A stretch of DNA of 64,000 nt from Candidatus Latescibacterota bacterium (GCA_965223905.1 CBDCXV010000001.1:224001-288000), one strand, 5' to 3'. Counted from the first letter of the stretch, positions 47,009-57,841 are shown. The notes: generated by a model not told the origin, from the sequence alone. Numbers and translations are program-made.

Positions 47009-48163
47009 ATGCCATCACCACCTTCGGCATACACCGAGGGGTACGAGAAGGCCCGTCTCTACGACCAGGCGGCGGCCGACAACTATATCAGGCACACCTT
47101 CATTGGCGACCCTGTGCTCGATCCGATAATGGAGGAACTCTCCTCGTTGTCTCCTGGCGACCTGCACCGGTTCATCAAGGCCGGCATAGAACAGCAGGAC
47201 GATGTGCTGCGCCGTGCGCCGCAACCCCTGCGCGATTTCTTCGAAAATCTTGAAGAGCCTCCCTGGCTCGACTACGAAGCCTTTCACTCAGGGCGCCGCG
47301 CCTTTCACGCCAACGTAAACCTCATGCTGGTCGCATTCGTTACCGGAGCGCTGGTGGAAGGCTTTTCGACGCTTATCGCCAAGTCTTTCAATATCACCGG
47401 GCGGGTGGCGTCGACCAAAAGACGCCTCCAGCAGAACAACCGCCACATGATGGATATTTTCTTCCCAGGCGGCCTGCAAAGAGCCGGTGATGGATGGAAG
47501 CTGTCCGTACGCATTCGCTTCGTACATGCTCGAATAAGGAGCATGCTGGCGAAATCCGGCGATTGGAATCACGAAGTCTGGGGCACACCGGTAAGCGCGG
47601 CGCACCTGGGTTTTGCCATCTCCGTCTTCTCCAAGCGCCTGTTGGAGTACTCGTTATTGGTGGGCGCGAGTTTCAACGAGGAAGAAAAAAAAGAGTGTCC
47701 TCGATGTCTGGCGCTACACCGGCTATCTCATGGGGATACCTGAGACCATCCTCTATGCCGACGCCAAAGATGCGGAAGAAGTTTACAAGATCAGCTATAT
47801 GTGCGAGCCGCCGCCGGACGCCGATTCGATAGCCGTGGCGAATATGCTGATCCAGGCCATTCCGGCAGTTGCGGATGTAACAGATCCGGTTGAAAAGGAA
47901 AAATTGACAGGTTTGGCCTACCGCCTTTCGCGCGCCCTCATAGGAAAACGGCTCGCTGACCAGTTCCAGTTTCCAAAGCCCTTTGCAGTGGGAACGCTGT
48001 TCAGTTACCGGATGAAAAACGCATTATTAGACTTCTGAAGGCCAAACAAGTGGTCAGATCAGAAAATTTTACTCAGCTTCTGCAAATTTCTGTGTATGAC
48101 GATGAAGGAGTGAGTTACAAAATGCCCGACCACGTCTACACATCGAAATCCAGCCCCTGGTGA
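47009..48163 (+). CDS. MpaB/Lcp-like (rubber-oxygenase fold, DUF2236) oxygenase with two frameshifts
   Basis: GDPVLD, PPWLD, VRIRFVHARIR, WGTPVS, VWRYTGYLMGIPE; frame shifts at A8 (47685-47692) and A5 (48015-48019); the restored C-terminus ends SYKMPDHVYTSKSSPW* at 48163. Confidence 0.78.
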
Positions 48164-48313
48164 GCGATGCCTGGTGTGACCGCCTCCCTTCCGTAACAGG
48201 AAGCCGGAAAATCGGCCGGATGGAACGAAGCCATCCGCGCTCGGCCGTGTCCATAGTGCCGCGCACTCGCATGGTTTAGCTCGCTCTCGCACTTAGTCGG
48301 TGATACTCGGGCG

Positions 48314-50605
48314 ATGACTCCTTCGTCGTTGGACCGCTACACATCCGCCATCTTGCGCCGTCGGTGGCTGGTCGTTGCGCTCGCAACGCTGGTCATGGTG
48401 GCCATGACGGCCGGCGTTCGCTTTATCACCGTTACAAACGATTACCGCGTTCTGTTCAGCGAAGACAATCCGCAACTCGCCGCTTTCGACGCCTTGGAGA
48501 ACACCTACTCCGTCTCCAATACGGCCCTGATCGCCGTTGCGCCGGACGAGGGTTCGGTATTCACCCGCGAGGCGCTTGGCGCGATTGAGGAACTGACCGA
48601 AGCTGCGTGGCGCGCGCCCTATTCCAGTCGCGTCAACTCCCTTACCAACTATACCCATAGCGAAGCACTCGAGGATGAGCTGATTGTCGCCCCGCTCGTG
48701 GAGGACGCCCATTCACTGAGCGATACCGACGCGCCCCGAATTGAGAGGATCGCTCTCGAGGCGCCCGAAATTGCCGGACGCCTGGTCTCCCAGGACGGGG
48801 GCACAGCCGGAGTGTCAATCAACTTCATCCTGCCCGAAAACCCCGATCAGGCAGTGGCCGAAATCACGGATTATCTCGATTCGCTCCTGTCCGAGGCCCG
48901 CACCAACCACCCCGGCATCGAATATTTCGTGACCGGCGATGTGGTCATGAACCGCGCGTTCTCCGATGCCACTCAGGACGACATGCAGACCCTCACTCCT
49001 GTCGTTTTCCTCATCATCGTAGGCGCGACAATCATTCTCCTGCGCTCGGTTCTAGCCACCGTGGCCATCGTCGCCGTGCTCCTGTTTGTCATCAACACCA
49101 CCATGGGGTTCGCCGGCTGGAACGGCGTGGTCTTCAGCCCTACCAACGCGGGGGTGCCGATCATTGTCATGGTCATAGCCATCGCGGATTCAATCCACAT
49201 CGTCACGAGTGTCCTGTTATGTATAAGGCGCGGTATGGACAGAAAAACGGCGATAGCCGAGTCCGTTCGTATCAATGCCTATCCGGTATTTCTAACCTCG
49301 GTCACGACGGCGATTGGATTCCTCACCCTCAACGCCTCGGATTCTCCTCCATTTCACGTCTTGGGGAATTACGTGGCGTTCGGTGTGTTATCCGCCTACG
49401 TCTACACCATGACGTTCCTGCCCGCATTGCTCTCGATTCTGCCATTGCGCGCCGCCCGTGCCCCGTCTGACAAGACTGCTTTCTTCGACCGCTTCGCGGA
49501 CTTTGTCATTGCCCGAAATAGATTCCTGCTTGGCTCCGTCACCTTGGTGGTGGTGATCCTGATATTCGGGATTCCGCGTATCGAGCTGAGCGATAACATG
49601 GCGCAGTACTTCGATGATCGTTACCAGTTCCGGCGCGATACGGACTTTGTCATTGAAAATCTGACCGGCCTGGACAAACTGGAATATTCGCTGAACTCGG
49701 GCCGCGAAGGGGGCATCACCGATCCGGAGTATCTGCGCAAGGTTGAGGCTTTCGCCGAATGGTACCGGAAGCAACCGGAAGTGACCCACGTCCAGGCATT
49801 TTCCGACATCATGAAACGTCTCAACAAGAACATGCACGGGGACGATCCGGCTTTCTATCGCCTTCCTGAAGACCCGGATCTCGCAGCGCAGTACCTATTG
49901 CTTTACGAACTTTCCCTTCCGTTCGGCAGCGACCTCAACGACCGCATCGACGTCGCAAAATCCTCCACTCGCCTTGTGGTCGTGACCAGGAATGCCTGGT
50001 CTCGAGATATACGGGAACTCGACAAGCGGGCCCAGGAATGGCTCCAGGGCAATATCCCTGCCTTTGCCCACGGAGCATCCGGGCTCAGTGTCGTCTTCGC
50101 GCACCTGTCACTGCGGAACATCAACAGCATGTTGCGTGGCACGATCGTGGCCATGGCCCTCATTTCGTTTATCCTGATTTGGGTATTCAAAAGCGTTCGG
50201 ATCGGGCTCCTCAGTCTGCTTCCGAATTTCATCCCTGCCATCATGAGCTTCGGCCTGTGGGGTTATATCGTAGGCCATGTCGGTATCGCCTCCTCCGTGG
50301 TCATCGCCGTTGTATTCGGAATAGTCGTCGACGACACCATTCACTTCCTGAGCAAATATCTGAAGGCCCGCAGGGAGGGCCATTCAGCGCAGGAATCCGT
50401 GCGCTCCGCCTTCCACACCGTAGGCCATGCTTTATCGACTACGACCGCAGTTCTGTCGGCTGGCTTTCTCGTGTTCGCCACATCGGGATTCGAGGTCAGT
50501 TGGGCACTCGGTCTTCTGGTAACGATCACCATCGTCTTCGCGCTTGTAGCCGACTTTCTTCTTCTTCCGACACTGTTGATGGCCATCGACCGGAGAAATC
50601 CATGA
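48314..50605 (+). CDS. MMPL/RND-family transporter
   Basis: Two repeats with IAIADSIH and GIVVDDTIHF; LTSVTTAIGF; about 12 TMs. Confidence 0.93.
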   Translation: MTPSSLDRYTSAILRRRWLVVALATLVMVAMTAGVRFITVTNDYRVLFSEDNPQLAAFDALENTYSVSNTALIAVAPDEGSVFTREALGAIEELTEAAWRAPYSSRVNSLTNYTHSEALEDELIVAPLVEDAHSLSDTDAPRIERIALEAPEIAGRLVSQDGGTAGVSINFILPENPDQAVAEITDYLDSLLSEARTNHPGIEYFVTGDVVMNRAFSDATQDDMQTLTPVVFLIIVGATIILLRSVLATVAIVAVLLFVINTTMGFAGWNGVVFSPTNAGVPIIVMVIAIADSIHIVTSVLLCIRRGMDRKTAIAESVRINAYPVFLTSVTTAIGFLTLNASDSPPFHVLGNYVAFGVLSAYVYTMTFLPALLSILPLRAARAPSDKTAFFDRFADFVIARNRFLLGSVTLVVVILIFGIPRIELSDNMAQYFDDRYQFRRDTDFVIENLTGLDKLEYSLNSGREGGITDPEYLRKVEAFAEWYRKQPEVTHVQAFSDIMKRLNKNMHGDDPAFYRLPEDPDLAAQYLLLYELSLPFGSDLNDRIDVAKSSTRLVVVTRNAWSRDIRELDKRAQEWLQGNIPAFAHGASGLSVVFAHLSLRNINSMLRGTIVAMALISFILIWVFKSVRIGLLSLLPNFIPAIMSFGLWGYIVGHVGIASSVVIAVVFGIVVDDTIHFLSKYLKARREGHSAQESVRSAFHTVGHALSTTTAVLSAGFLVFATSGFEVSWALGLLVTITIVFALVADFLLLPTLLMAIDRRNP

Positions 50606-51420
50606 ACAGCGCATGTTTCCCGGCGCTTCCGTTTTTCGCGTCCTGCCTGGTCATTCTGGCTTGTCTTTGCGCGCCGGCACCCGCTCGTTCCGAAAGCTCC
50701 ACTCCCGAGGAAACCGGGCTGCAAATCGCTCGCGATTCCCGCGCCCGCGAGGAAGGCTTCGGGAACTTTACGGCCCGGCAAACCATGGTGCTGCGCAACA
50801 AGCACGGACAGGAGAGCCGGCGTCAGCTCCGGGTAAAGGTTCTCGAGGTTTCCGGGGAAGGCGACAAAAGCCTTTTCGTGTTCGATGAACCGCGCGATGT
50901 GCAGGGAACGGCCTTGCTCGTTCACGCCCAAAGGGAAAGCGCGGACGATCAGTGGCTGTATCTGCCTGCACTGAAAAGGGTAAAGCGCATCAGTTCCTCG
51001 AACCGGTCCGGTTCCTTCATGGGCAGTGAGTTTGCCTATGAAGACATGACCGCCCAGGAAGTTGAGAAATTCACCTACCGGTACCTGCGCGACGAGCCTT
51101 GCGGCGATTTGACATGCACGGTCTCCGAACGCTTCCCCGTGGACAAGAAGTCCGGCTACAAGCGCCAGGTGGTCTGGTGCGACAAGGACGAACTTCGCGT
51201 CCGGAAGGTCGAGTACTACGATCGCAAGGATGCCCATCTCAAGACCCTGACCTTGGGGAACTACGAGCAGTACCTCGACCGTTACTGGCGCGCCGGCGAG
51301 ATGACGATGGAAAACCATCTGACCGGAAAGAGTTCCGTTCTGACCTGGACGGACTTCCAGTTCCGGACCGACCTCGACGACCGCGACTTCACACGGACCG
51401 GGCTGAGACGGGCCCGTTGA
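50602..51420 (+). CDS. LolA-like outer-membrane lipoprotein-sorting protein
   Basis: Signal peptide; PRDVQGTALL, DDQWLYLPALKRVKRISS, SFMGSEFAYED; ATGA overlap. Confidence 0.9.
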   Translation: MNSACFPALPFFASCLVILACLCAPAPARSESSTPEETGLQIARDSRAREEGFGNFTARQTMVLRNKHGQESRRQLRVKVLEVSGEGDKSLFVFDEPRDVQGTALLVHAQRESADDQWLYLPALKRVKRISSSNRSGSFMGSEFAYEDMTAQEVEKFTYRYLRDEPCGDLTCTVSERFPVDKKSGYKRQVVWCDKDELRVRKVEYYDRKDAHLKTLTLGNYEQYLDRYWRAGEMTMENHLTGKSSVLTWTDFQFRTDLDDRDFTRTGLRRAR

Positions 51421-52691
51421 TGCTGCTTCGTGCCGATCTGTGGCGTGTCGCTGCGGGCGCGGTCTCGGTTCTGGCACTGGTCCTGACCGCCGTTGCACAC
51501 GCCCGAATCGGAATAGATCACCACCAGTTTTCCGGACGATCCAGCATCGAAACCCGGTGGTTTCCCGAAAGGGCTGCTCATGCCGGCCAAGGCGGGCATG
51601 CCAGCGGGTTTTTAGCCGCGCCAAAGCTTTACCTCGAGGACGCCGAAGCCCGAAGCCTTACCCTGGCCCCGTTCTTTCGCTACGACAACTCGGACCCACG
51701 CCGCACTCATGCCGATTTGCGCGAAGCCTATCTGCTGCTGTTCGGCGAAATCGGCGACGGCGAATGGGAGCTGCGCGTGGGCGTCGGTCAGGTGTTCTGG
51801 GGCGTCACCGAATCGCAGCACCTGGTCGATATCGTCAACCAGATCGACTTCGTCGAACACCCAAACGGAGAGGCCAAGCTGGGGCAACCCATGGTCCATT
51901 TCACCTGGTCTGGAGCGTGGGGCGTAATGGAAATACTTGGGCTGCCCTATCACCGCGCACGCACCTTTCCAGGCCGGTCTGGCCGCCTGCGCCTTCCGCT
52001 CGTGGTTTCAGCTGAAGATGTCGATTACGAGAGCGAGGCTGAGGACCGGCAAGTGGATCTCGCCGCTCGCTACAGTCACAGCTTCGGACTCCTCGATATG
52101 GGTGTGAGTGCATTCAACGGCACGAGCCGGGAGCCATCTCTGCGTCTTGCCCTGAATCGTAGCGGCACACCAACCCTGGTTCAACATTACGCGCAGATTC
52201 GCCAGTTTGGACTGGACGCCCAGCTGACTGTCGGCTCCTGGTTGTTCAAGCTGGAGGGTATTCAACGCGCCGGTGCAATCAACCTGTCCGGCGAGGAAGA
52301 AGATTACGCTGCTGCCGTTCTTGGCGGGGAATACACCTTCTACTCAGTACTGGGGTCCGCCGCCGATCTCAGCCTGCTCGGGGAATGGAATTACGATGGA
52401 CGCGGCCGCAACGCTACCCCGAGCCGCTCACCCAATACGCTCGAGAACGATCTCTTCTTCGCCTCGCGGCTTGCGTTCAACGATGTTCAGGGTACCGAAA
52501 TTGTGGCCAGTATTCTGGGGGACCTGGACCGAGCTACACGGGCAATGGCCATCGAATCGGACCGGCGTCTATCCGACCGGTTGTCTCTGCATCTGGAGGC
52601 GATCCATCTCCTCAGCATCGACCAGGCAGATCTCCATTTCGAGACAAGACGCGACAGCTTCGCCGACCTTGGGCTGACGTATAATTTCTAG
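51420..52691 (+). CDS. Putative outer-membrane beta-barrel protein
   Basis: Signal peptide; DLREAY, GQVFWGVTE...VDIVNQ; terminal beta-signal LGLTYNF; TGATG overlap. Confidence 0.82.
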   Translation: MLLRADLWRVAAGAVSVLALVLTAVAHARIGIDHHQFSGRSSIETRWFPERAAHAGQGGHASGFLAAPKLYLEDAEARSLTLAPFFRYDNSDPRRTHADLREAYLLLFGEIGDGEWELRVGVGQVFWGVTESQHLVDIVNQIDFVEHPNGEAKLGQPMVHFTWSGAWGVMEILGLPYHRARTFPGRSGRLRLPLVVSAEDVDYESEAEDRQVDLAARYSHSFGLLDMGVSAFNGTSREPSLRLALNRSGTPTLVQHYAQIRQFGLDAQLTVGSWLFKLEGIQRAGAINLSGEEEDYAAAVLGGEYTFYSVLGSAADLSLLGEWNYDGRGRNATPSRSPNTLENDLFFASRLAFNDVQGTEIVASILGDLDRATRAMAIESDRRLSDRLSLHLEAIHLLSIDQADLHFETRRDSFADLGLTYNF

Positions 52692-52712
52692 CCGCCCGTA
52701 CTCCGATCCCGA

Positions 52713-53651
52713 CTAGCCGGGGACGGAGGCCTTTTCGAGGCCGACCGGAAGGCTGAAACGCACGTTCTCGACAATACCGTCCATGGTCGAGATTTCCAAG
52801 TCGGCGTACTCCTCCAGCTGCTCGATCAGCTCGTGCACCAGTTCCTCGGGTGTCGAGGCCCCGGCCGAAATGCCGATGCATTCCTTCCCCTGCAGCCATT
52901 CCGGATCGATCTTCGATGGATCCTCGATCAGGTAGCTCGGCACACCGCTGTCGTTGCTGACTTCGCACAAGCGGTTCGAGTTGGAGCTGTTTTGCGCCCC
53001 CACCACCAGCACCAGGTCCACCTCTTCGGCCAGGGATCGCACCGCGGCCTGCCGGTTCTGGGTCGCGTAGCAGATATCCTTTACGTCAGGTCCGACGATA
53101 TCGGGGAACCGCCGCCTCAGGGCTGAGATCACTTCCCGGGTATCGTCGACTGACAGGGTGGTCTGGGTGATGTAGGCGACCTTCTCCGGATCGCGCACCT
53201 CCAGCCCTTCCACTCCTTGCACGTCACTGACCAGAAGCACCGGTCCCGGAATCTGTCCCATGGTGCCCTCCACCTCGGGATGGTCCTCGTGACCGATAAG
53301 GATGATGTCGTACCCTTTGCCAGCGTAGCGGCGGCCCTCTTTATGCACCTTGGAGACCAGGGGGCAGGTGGCATCGAGCGGCCGCAGGCCGCGCACCGAT
53401 GCATCCTCCTCGACCTTCTCCGATACCCCGTGGGCGCTGAACACGGTGATTGCTCCATTGGGTATCTGTTCTATCTGTTCAACGAATCGCACGCCCTTGG
53501 CTTTGAGGTTTTCCACCACTCGCGGATTATGGACGATTTCATGCCGCACATAAATCGGAGGGCCGTACTGTTCCAGTGCCGCTTCGACGATATCGATTGC
53601 GCGCTCGACGCCGGCACAAAATCCTCGCGGTTGAGCTAATATGACTCGCAT
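52713..53651 (-). CDS. ispH: 4-hydroxy-3-methylbut-2-enyl diphosphate reductase
   Basis: [55 protein letters not shown]; alternative start 53666. Confidence 0.97.
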   Translation of the reverse strand: MRVILAQPRGFCAGVERAIDIVEAALEQYGPPIYVRHEIVHNPRVVENLKAKGVRFVEQIEQIPNGAITVFSAHGVSEKVEEDASVRGLRPLDATCPLVSKVHKEGRRYAGKGYDIILIGHEDHPEVEGTMGQIPGPVLLVSDVQGVEGLEVRDPEKVAYITQTTLSVDDTREVISALRRRFPDIVGPDVKDICYATQNRQAAVRSLAEEVDLVLVVGAQNSSNSNRLCEVSNDSGVPSYLIEDPSKIDPEWLQGKECIGISAGASTPEELVHELIEQLEEYADLEISTMDGIVENVRFSLPVGLEKASVPG

Positions 53652-53662
53652 TTCTCTCTCTT

Positions 53663-54787
53663 TCATCGCTGGCCCGGTACACTCTCCAGACTACTGCCTT
53701 CACGAGTATCCGAATAAGGTAAGGGCTTTCCTACGGCCTGCCTTTTTTCGCCGATGCAAGGCAGGCTTCGTGTCAGCACCTTGAAGAGGAATTTGAGGGC
53801 AAGATTCGAACGCACAACAGTGCTGGTGACAACAGTGACCGCCCAAACGCTCCTCCGTGAAATCTTGACTTCCTGTCCGTCCTTGAACGTAGGGTTCGAG
53901 TGAATCCGGCGCAGGGTAAGCACGGCCATCCCCAAAGCCCAAAGACAATGACGACGGATTCCGGTTTCGTGGTTCGGAATGATCAGTGTGAACCGCAAGG
54001 CGTTCGCGAGGTGCTGGCGTGCGATCGCCAGCAGTTCGAGCAGCCCTTCGATGAAGCCGGGGTCTTCTTGTCCCGCCGGCAGGGTGCTCAGGTCGAAACC
54101 TTCTTCGAGGAATATGTCGCGCGGCAGCCAGCACGCACCCCGGCGCCGGTCGTCCCACACATCCTTGAGGATGTTGGTCATCTGCAGTCCCTGCCCGAAG
54201 GAGACCGAAAGGGCGAGCAGCTCTTCGCGATGTTCGGCAACCTCCGCGGAGTATTCGCAGAACAGTTCGGTGAGCATCTCGCCGACCACGCCGGCGACGT
54301 GATAGCAGTAACGGTCAAGGTGTTGGAGATCATCCAGGCCATCGGGCGTCGCGTTCAGCTGAAACTCGGCCATCCCACGCGACATGTTCGTCACGCAGCG
54401 TTCCAACGCGCTTCGCTGGGCAGGGCGAAAAGCGTGGGTAATGCGAATGACCCGGGCGGTGTTGGCGATCAGGTCCTGTTCGCTTTCGGTAGTCGAAGGG
54501 GACAGCAAGGCGCCGAGCTCGCTCGCGAAAGGCTCCGGTTCTTCCCGGCCTGCAACGACCTCGACGAAGCGTTCGGAGAACGCCTGCTTCTGTACGGGGG
54601 ACAGCACCGGCTCGTCTTCGATAGTGTCCGTGATCCGGCACAGCAGATAGGCATTGCCGACCACGTCGCGCAGCGAGCCGGGAAGCTGTGGAATGGTGAG
54701 GGCAAACGTCCGGGACACCCCTTGCAGGATGTCCGTCTGGTAGACGATATCGCTGTTCCTCATCTCCTTTGAGGGAGACCCCGTCAT
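53663..54787 (-). CDS. Squalene/phytoene synthase family, SQS-like (farnesyl-diphosphate farnesyltransferase)
   Basis: [52 protein letters not shown]. Confidence 0.9.
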   Translation of the reverse strand: MTGSPSKEMRNSDIVYQTDILQGVSRTFALTIPQLPGSLRDVVGNAYLLCRITDTIEDEPVLSPVQKQAFSERFVEVVAGREEPEPFASELGALLSPSTTESEQDLIANTARVIRITHAFRPAQRSALERCVTNMSRGMAEFQLNATPDGLDDLQHLDRYCYHVAGVVGEMLTELFCEYSAEVAEHREELLALSVSFGQGLQMTNILKDVWDDRRRGACWLPRDIFLEEGFDLSTLPAGQEDPGFIEGLLELLAIARQHLANALRFTLIIPNHETGIRRHCLWALGMAVLTLRRIHSNPTFKDGQEVKISRRSVWAVTVVTSTVVRSNLALKFLFKVLTRSLPCIGEKRQAVGKPLPYSDTREGSSLESVPGQR

Positions 54788-54915
54788 TTTGGCACTGGCC
54801 CCGCTTTTCCTGGTGCAGTCCGCGTCAGTGGGAGTTTATATGGTCCTGCCTGGAGTCTGTCAAGTTGTTCAGGGGCAGCGGCTTCGTGCGGCCCGCGACC
54901 ACTTTTTCGTCCGTG

Positions 54916-56429
54916 TCAGGCCTTTGCCACCGCCGGAATGCCATACCGGTGAAGGGTGCTCTCCAGAGTCGGTTTGCCCAGGCGAATCCGTCGGTCGTTC
55001 AGCAGATAGGAGAACAGGTACCCGGCGCCGAGCATGAAGATCCCGATGAGGAAGCAGTACATGACCGCCCTGTCTGGATACCAGTCTTCCAGGGTCACGA
55101 AGCGGCCATCCTGAACGACGGTGTAGTAAACTGTCTGGAGTCCCTGCCGCCGGGCGGGTCCGAAAGAGACCTGCTCGCCGATCCCGAGATCGAAGTCCCG
55201 CACCGAGAATACCGCACCTTCAAGCCCCGCTCTGTCGGGCCTCTCCCCCCAGGCGCCGCAGGATCTCCGTCATCAGCTTGGCGTCGAGAAACCCCTCCAG
55301 ACTGACGAAGCTCTGAGGAAAGGGGCTGTATGGCTCACGCACAAGCTCCCCGGGGACCTTGGGATCGTGGCGCGCCATCAGCTCGCGATACTCACGTACC
55401 GCCGGAATGGAAGTATCCTCGTAGCTGGGGACCACCTGGGAGTTGATCAGAAAGCGGGTGTAATCCTCGGGATTATCCCGGCCCTCGCTGAGAAGCTGAA
55501 GGAGGTTTTCGCTCCCCACGAAGGAGAGGTTGGCTATCGGAACCCGGAGGCCCAGGTCCACGGCGTCGCGAGGGAAGCCGGCGCAAGCAGCATACGGACC
55601 GATACAGATCACCGCTTCCGGGGAAGCGGCCTGCAGGTATTTCCACCTGCCGCCTCATGCTTCCTGTGAACCTTTGTCCGCGGCGGTAGGTCGCCTCTCC
55701 GGCAATTCGCTCGCCGTGCGCCTTCAGGGCCGCCCGGACTCCGGCCCAGCCGCTGCGGCCATAGGCATCGGCCTGGTAGAACACGGCGATCCGCTTCCTG
55801 CCGACGCCAACGAAGTTGTCGACGACGAGCCCTGCTGTCTCCTGGCGGTAGGACGCACGCAGATTGAAGGCGAAGTCGCCATAGGGGGGCTCTCTCTGCG
55901 GCTGGGCGCCGGTAAAGGGAAAGAACAGGTAGACTTGCTCGTCCTGGAACTTCTTCAAGATGGGCAGCACCCTGGTCACGGTCGGTGTCCCCACATAGCC
56001 GAACAGCAGGAAAACGCGATCCTCCAGCATGAGCTTCATGGTGTTCCGTACGCAGGGGTCCGGTTGGTAACCGTCGTCGTAAAGCTTGAGGACGACCATG
56101 CGGCCGCCTACGCCGCCATTGTCGTTGACATGGTTGAAGTAGGCCCTGGCTCCGCGGTATAGCTCGCTGCCCAACCCCCGGGAAGGACCGGAAAACGCCG
56201 CGGACATGCCCAGGACGATCTCGTCCTCCGGAAGTGCCGCCTCGCGCACCCGGTCCCCATCGGGAAAAGCCTCCCGTTCCACCCGGTCGGATGCGGCGTG
56301 AAACCAGTTCGCCCAGGGCGCCGCCAGCAGTCCGGCAAGGCCGCTTCGAAGCAGCGACCTTCGGGTCAGGATCGGCGCCCGGTCGGCGCGAGCGTTCCCT
56401 TCACCGCTGGCGTGGTCACGAAGTTTCAT
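54916..56429 (-). pseudogene. Tat-exported type I periplasmic substrate-binding protein, split by two frameshifts and with a foreign-looking tail
   Basis: TRRSLL Tat motif, LGMSAAFSGP, YDDGYQP, GYVGTPT, NLRASY; continues in track ORFs 55220..55612 and 54916..55203; shifts near 55638 and 55247. Confidence 0.72.
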
Positions 56430-56483
56430 TCCGTTTCCTCGCTTCCGGGAAACCCGGTATCCTGAAATCCTCCAGGGCCTCGG

Positions 56484-56942
56484 TCAGTGTAGATTCTGAC
56501 GGATGAAATGCACGACTTCGGGAATGTGCTCGGTGGGGTCAACATCGCGCATGATCGCCGCCAGATTGCCGCCCGCGTCAATGACGAACGTCGAGCGCTG
56601 AAAACCCTTCCCGTCTTCGCCGCAAACCCCGTACGCGGCACAGACGGAGCCGTCCGTGTCCGACAGCAGGGGGGCGCTCAAATCATATTTTTGGATAAAG
56701 GCCTTGTGGCTGGTCAGGTCGTCTCGACTGATGCCGACCAGAACCGTTTCGAGGGCGTCGAACTCCGGTTTCGCATCACGGAAACCGATTGCTTCCCGCG
56801 TTCACCCGGGGGTATCGTCTTTGGGATAGAAGAACAGCACGACCTTGCGACCGCGGAGCTTGGTGAGGCTGAGGGTACCGCCGGTGCTGGCGGGCAACTC
56901 GAATTCCGGGGCCGGGTTTCCCGTCCGGACTTCATCCGACAT
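56484..56942 (-). CDS. bcp: Bcp/PrxQ peroxiredoxin with in-frame UGA (probable selenocysteine)
   Basis: GGAGG SD; APEFEL...VVLFFYPKDDTPG-TGA(56804-56802)-TREAIGFRD...VGISRD...LLSD...QRSTFVID, all in one frame, 152 aa. Confidence 0.88.
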
Positions 56943-57060
56943 TGCTAACCTCCTCTCCGAAGCCGACAATATATGACACCCAACAAAGCCTCCTAATGCG
57001 GCACCCGGGTGCAAACGCAGCCGAAGCCCATGGAGACAAAACTCCTGTGAGCGACAACGA

Positions 57061-57837
57061 ATGAAACTCACTTCCGAGCAGGTTTCCCGTTTCGAAGAAG
57101 ACGGTTTCCTTGTTGTGGAGAATCTGATATCTGACGAAGAGGTGACGGCACTCCGGCAGAGAACCGAGGAGGTCGCCTGTGGGCGCGTCGACTTTCCTCC
57201 CGGCAAGATCGAGTTCGAGCCGGGGTCGGAAGAACGGGGACGCGACATTCGCAACCTGCGCAAGATCAACCACCCCTCTTCCAGCGACGGTTTTTTCCTC
57301 GACCACGCCCGCAAGCCCGCCTTGCTGGAAGCGGTCGCATCCCTGCTGGGACCCGACATCAAGCTGTATGGCGATCAGCTGTTCGTGAAACCGCCGGGCG
57401 GGATCGAGAAGACCTACCATCAGGATTCACCCTACTTCAAAATCGAGCCGATGGCCCTGGTTACCGCCTGGGTTGCCCTCGACGACGTCACCCTCGACAA
57501 CGGCTGCATGTGGGTTGTACCCGGGAGCCAGCTGAACGGGGCGCTCGATCACAGCGAGCCCTGGCAGGTGGGTGACCGCCTCGACATGCGCATCCCGGAC
57601 AGCGCCATTGCCAAAGCCGCAGCCGCAAACGGCGAGCGGCCGATCACCATGAGGGCGGGCGGCTGCTCCTTCCACCACTCCCTCATCCTACATCGCTCCG
57701 GGCCCAACAAGACACCGCATTTCCGCCGCGGCATGGCCACCCACTACATGACCGCCCGGTCGCGGTGGACGGGGGTGCCGGAGGACAAGCCTGACTACCC
57801 GCTGCTGATGGGCAGGGAGTACTCCGGCTGCGTGTGA
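57061..57837 (+). CDS. PhyH-family dioxygenase
   Basis: YHQD, WVALDD...NGCM.VVPGS, LHRS..N....R. Confidence 0.92.
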   Translation: MKLTSEQVSRFEEDGFLVVENLISDEEVTALRQRTEEVACGRVDFPPGKIEFEPGSEERGRDIRNLRKINHPSSSDGFFLDHARKPALLEAVASLLGPDIKLYGDQLFVKPPGGIEKTYHQDSPYFKIEPMALVTAWVALDDVTLDNGCMWVVPGSQLNGALDHSEPWQVGDRLDMRIPDSAIAKAAAANGERPITMRAGGCSFHHSLILHRSGPNKTPHFRRGMATHYMTARSRWTGVPEDKPDYPLLMGREYSGCV

Positions 57838-57841
57838 TCCG

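Noticed and set aside
56426-56935. bcp as a frameshifted pseudogene
   Set aside because: The two Bcp halves are in the same frame, separated only by TGA at the catalytic position.
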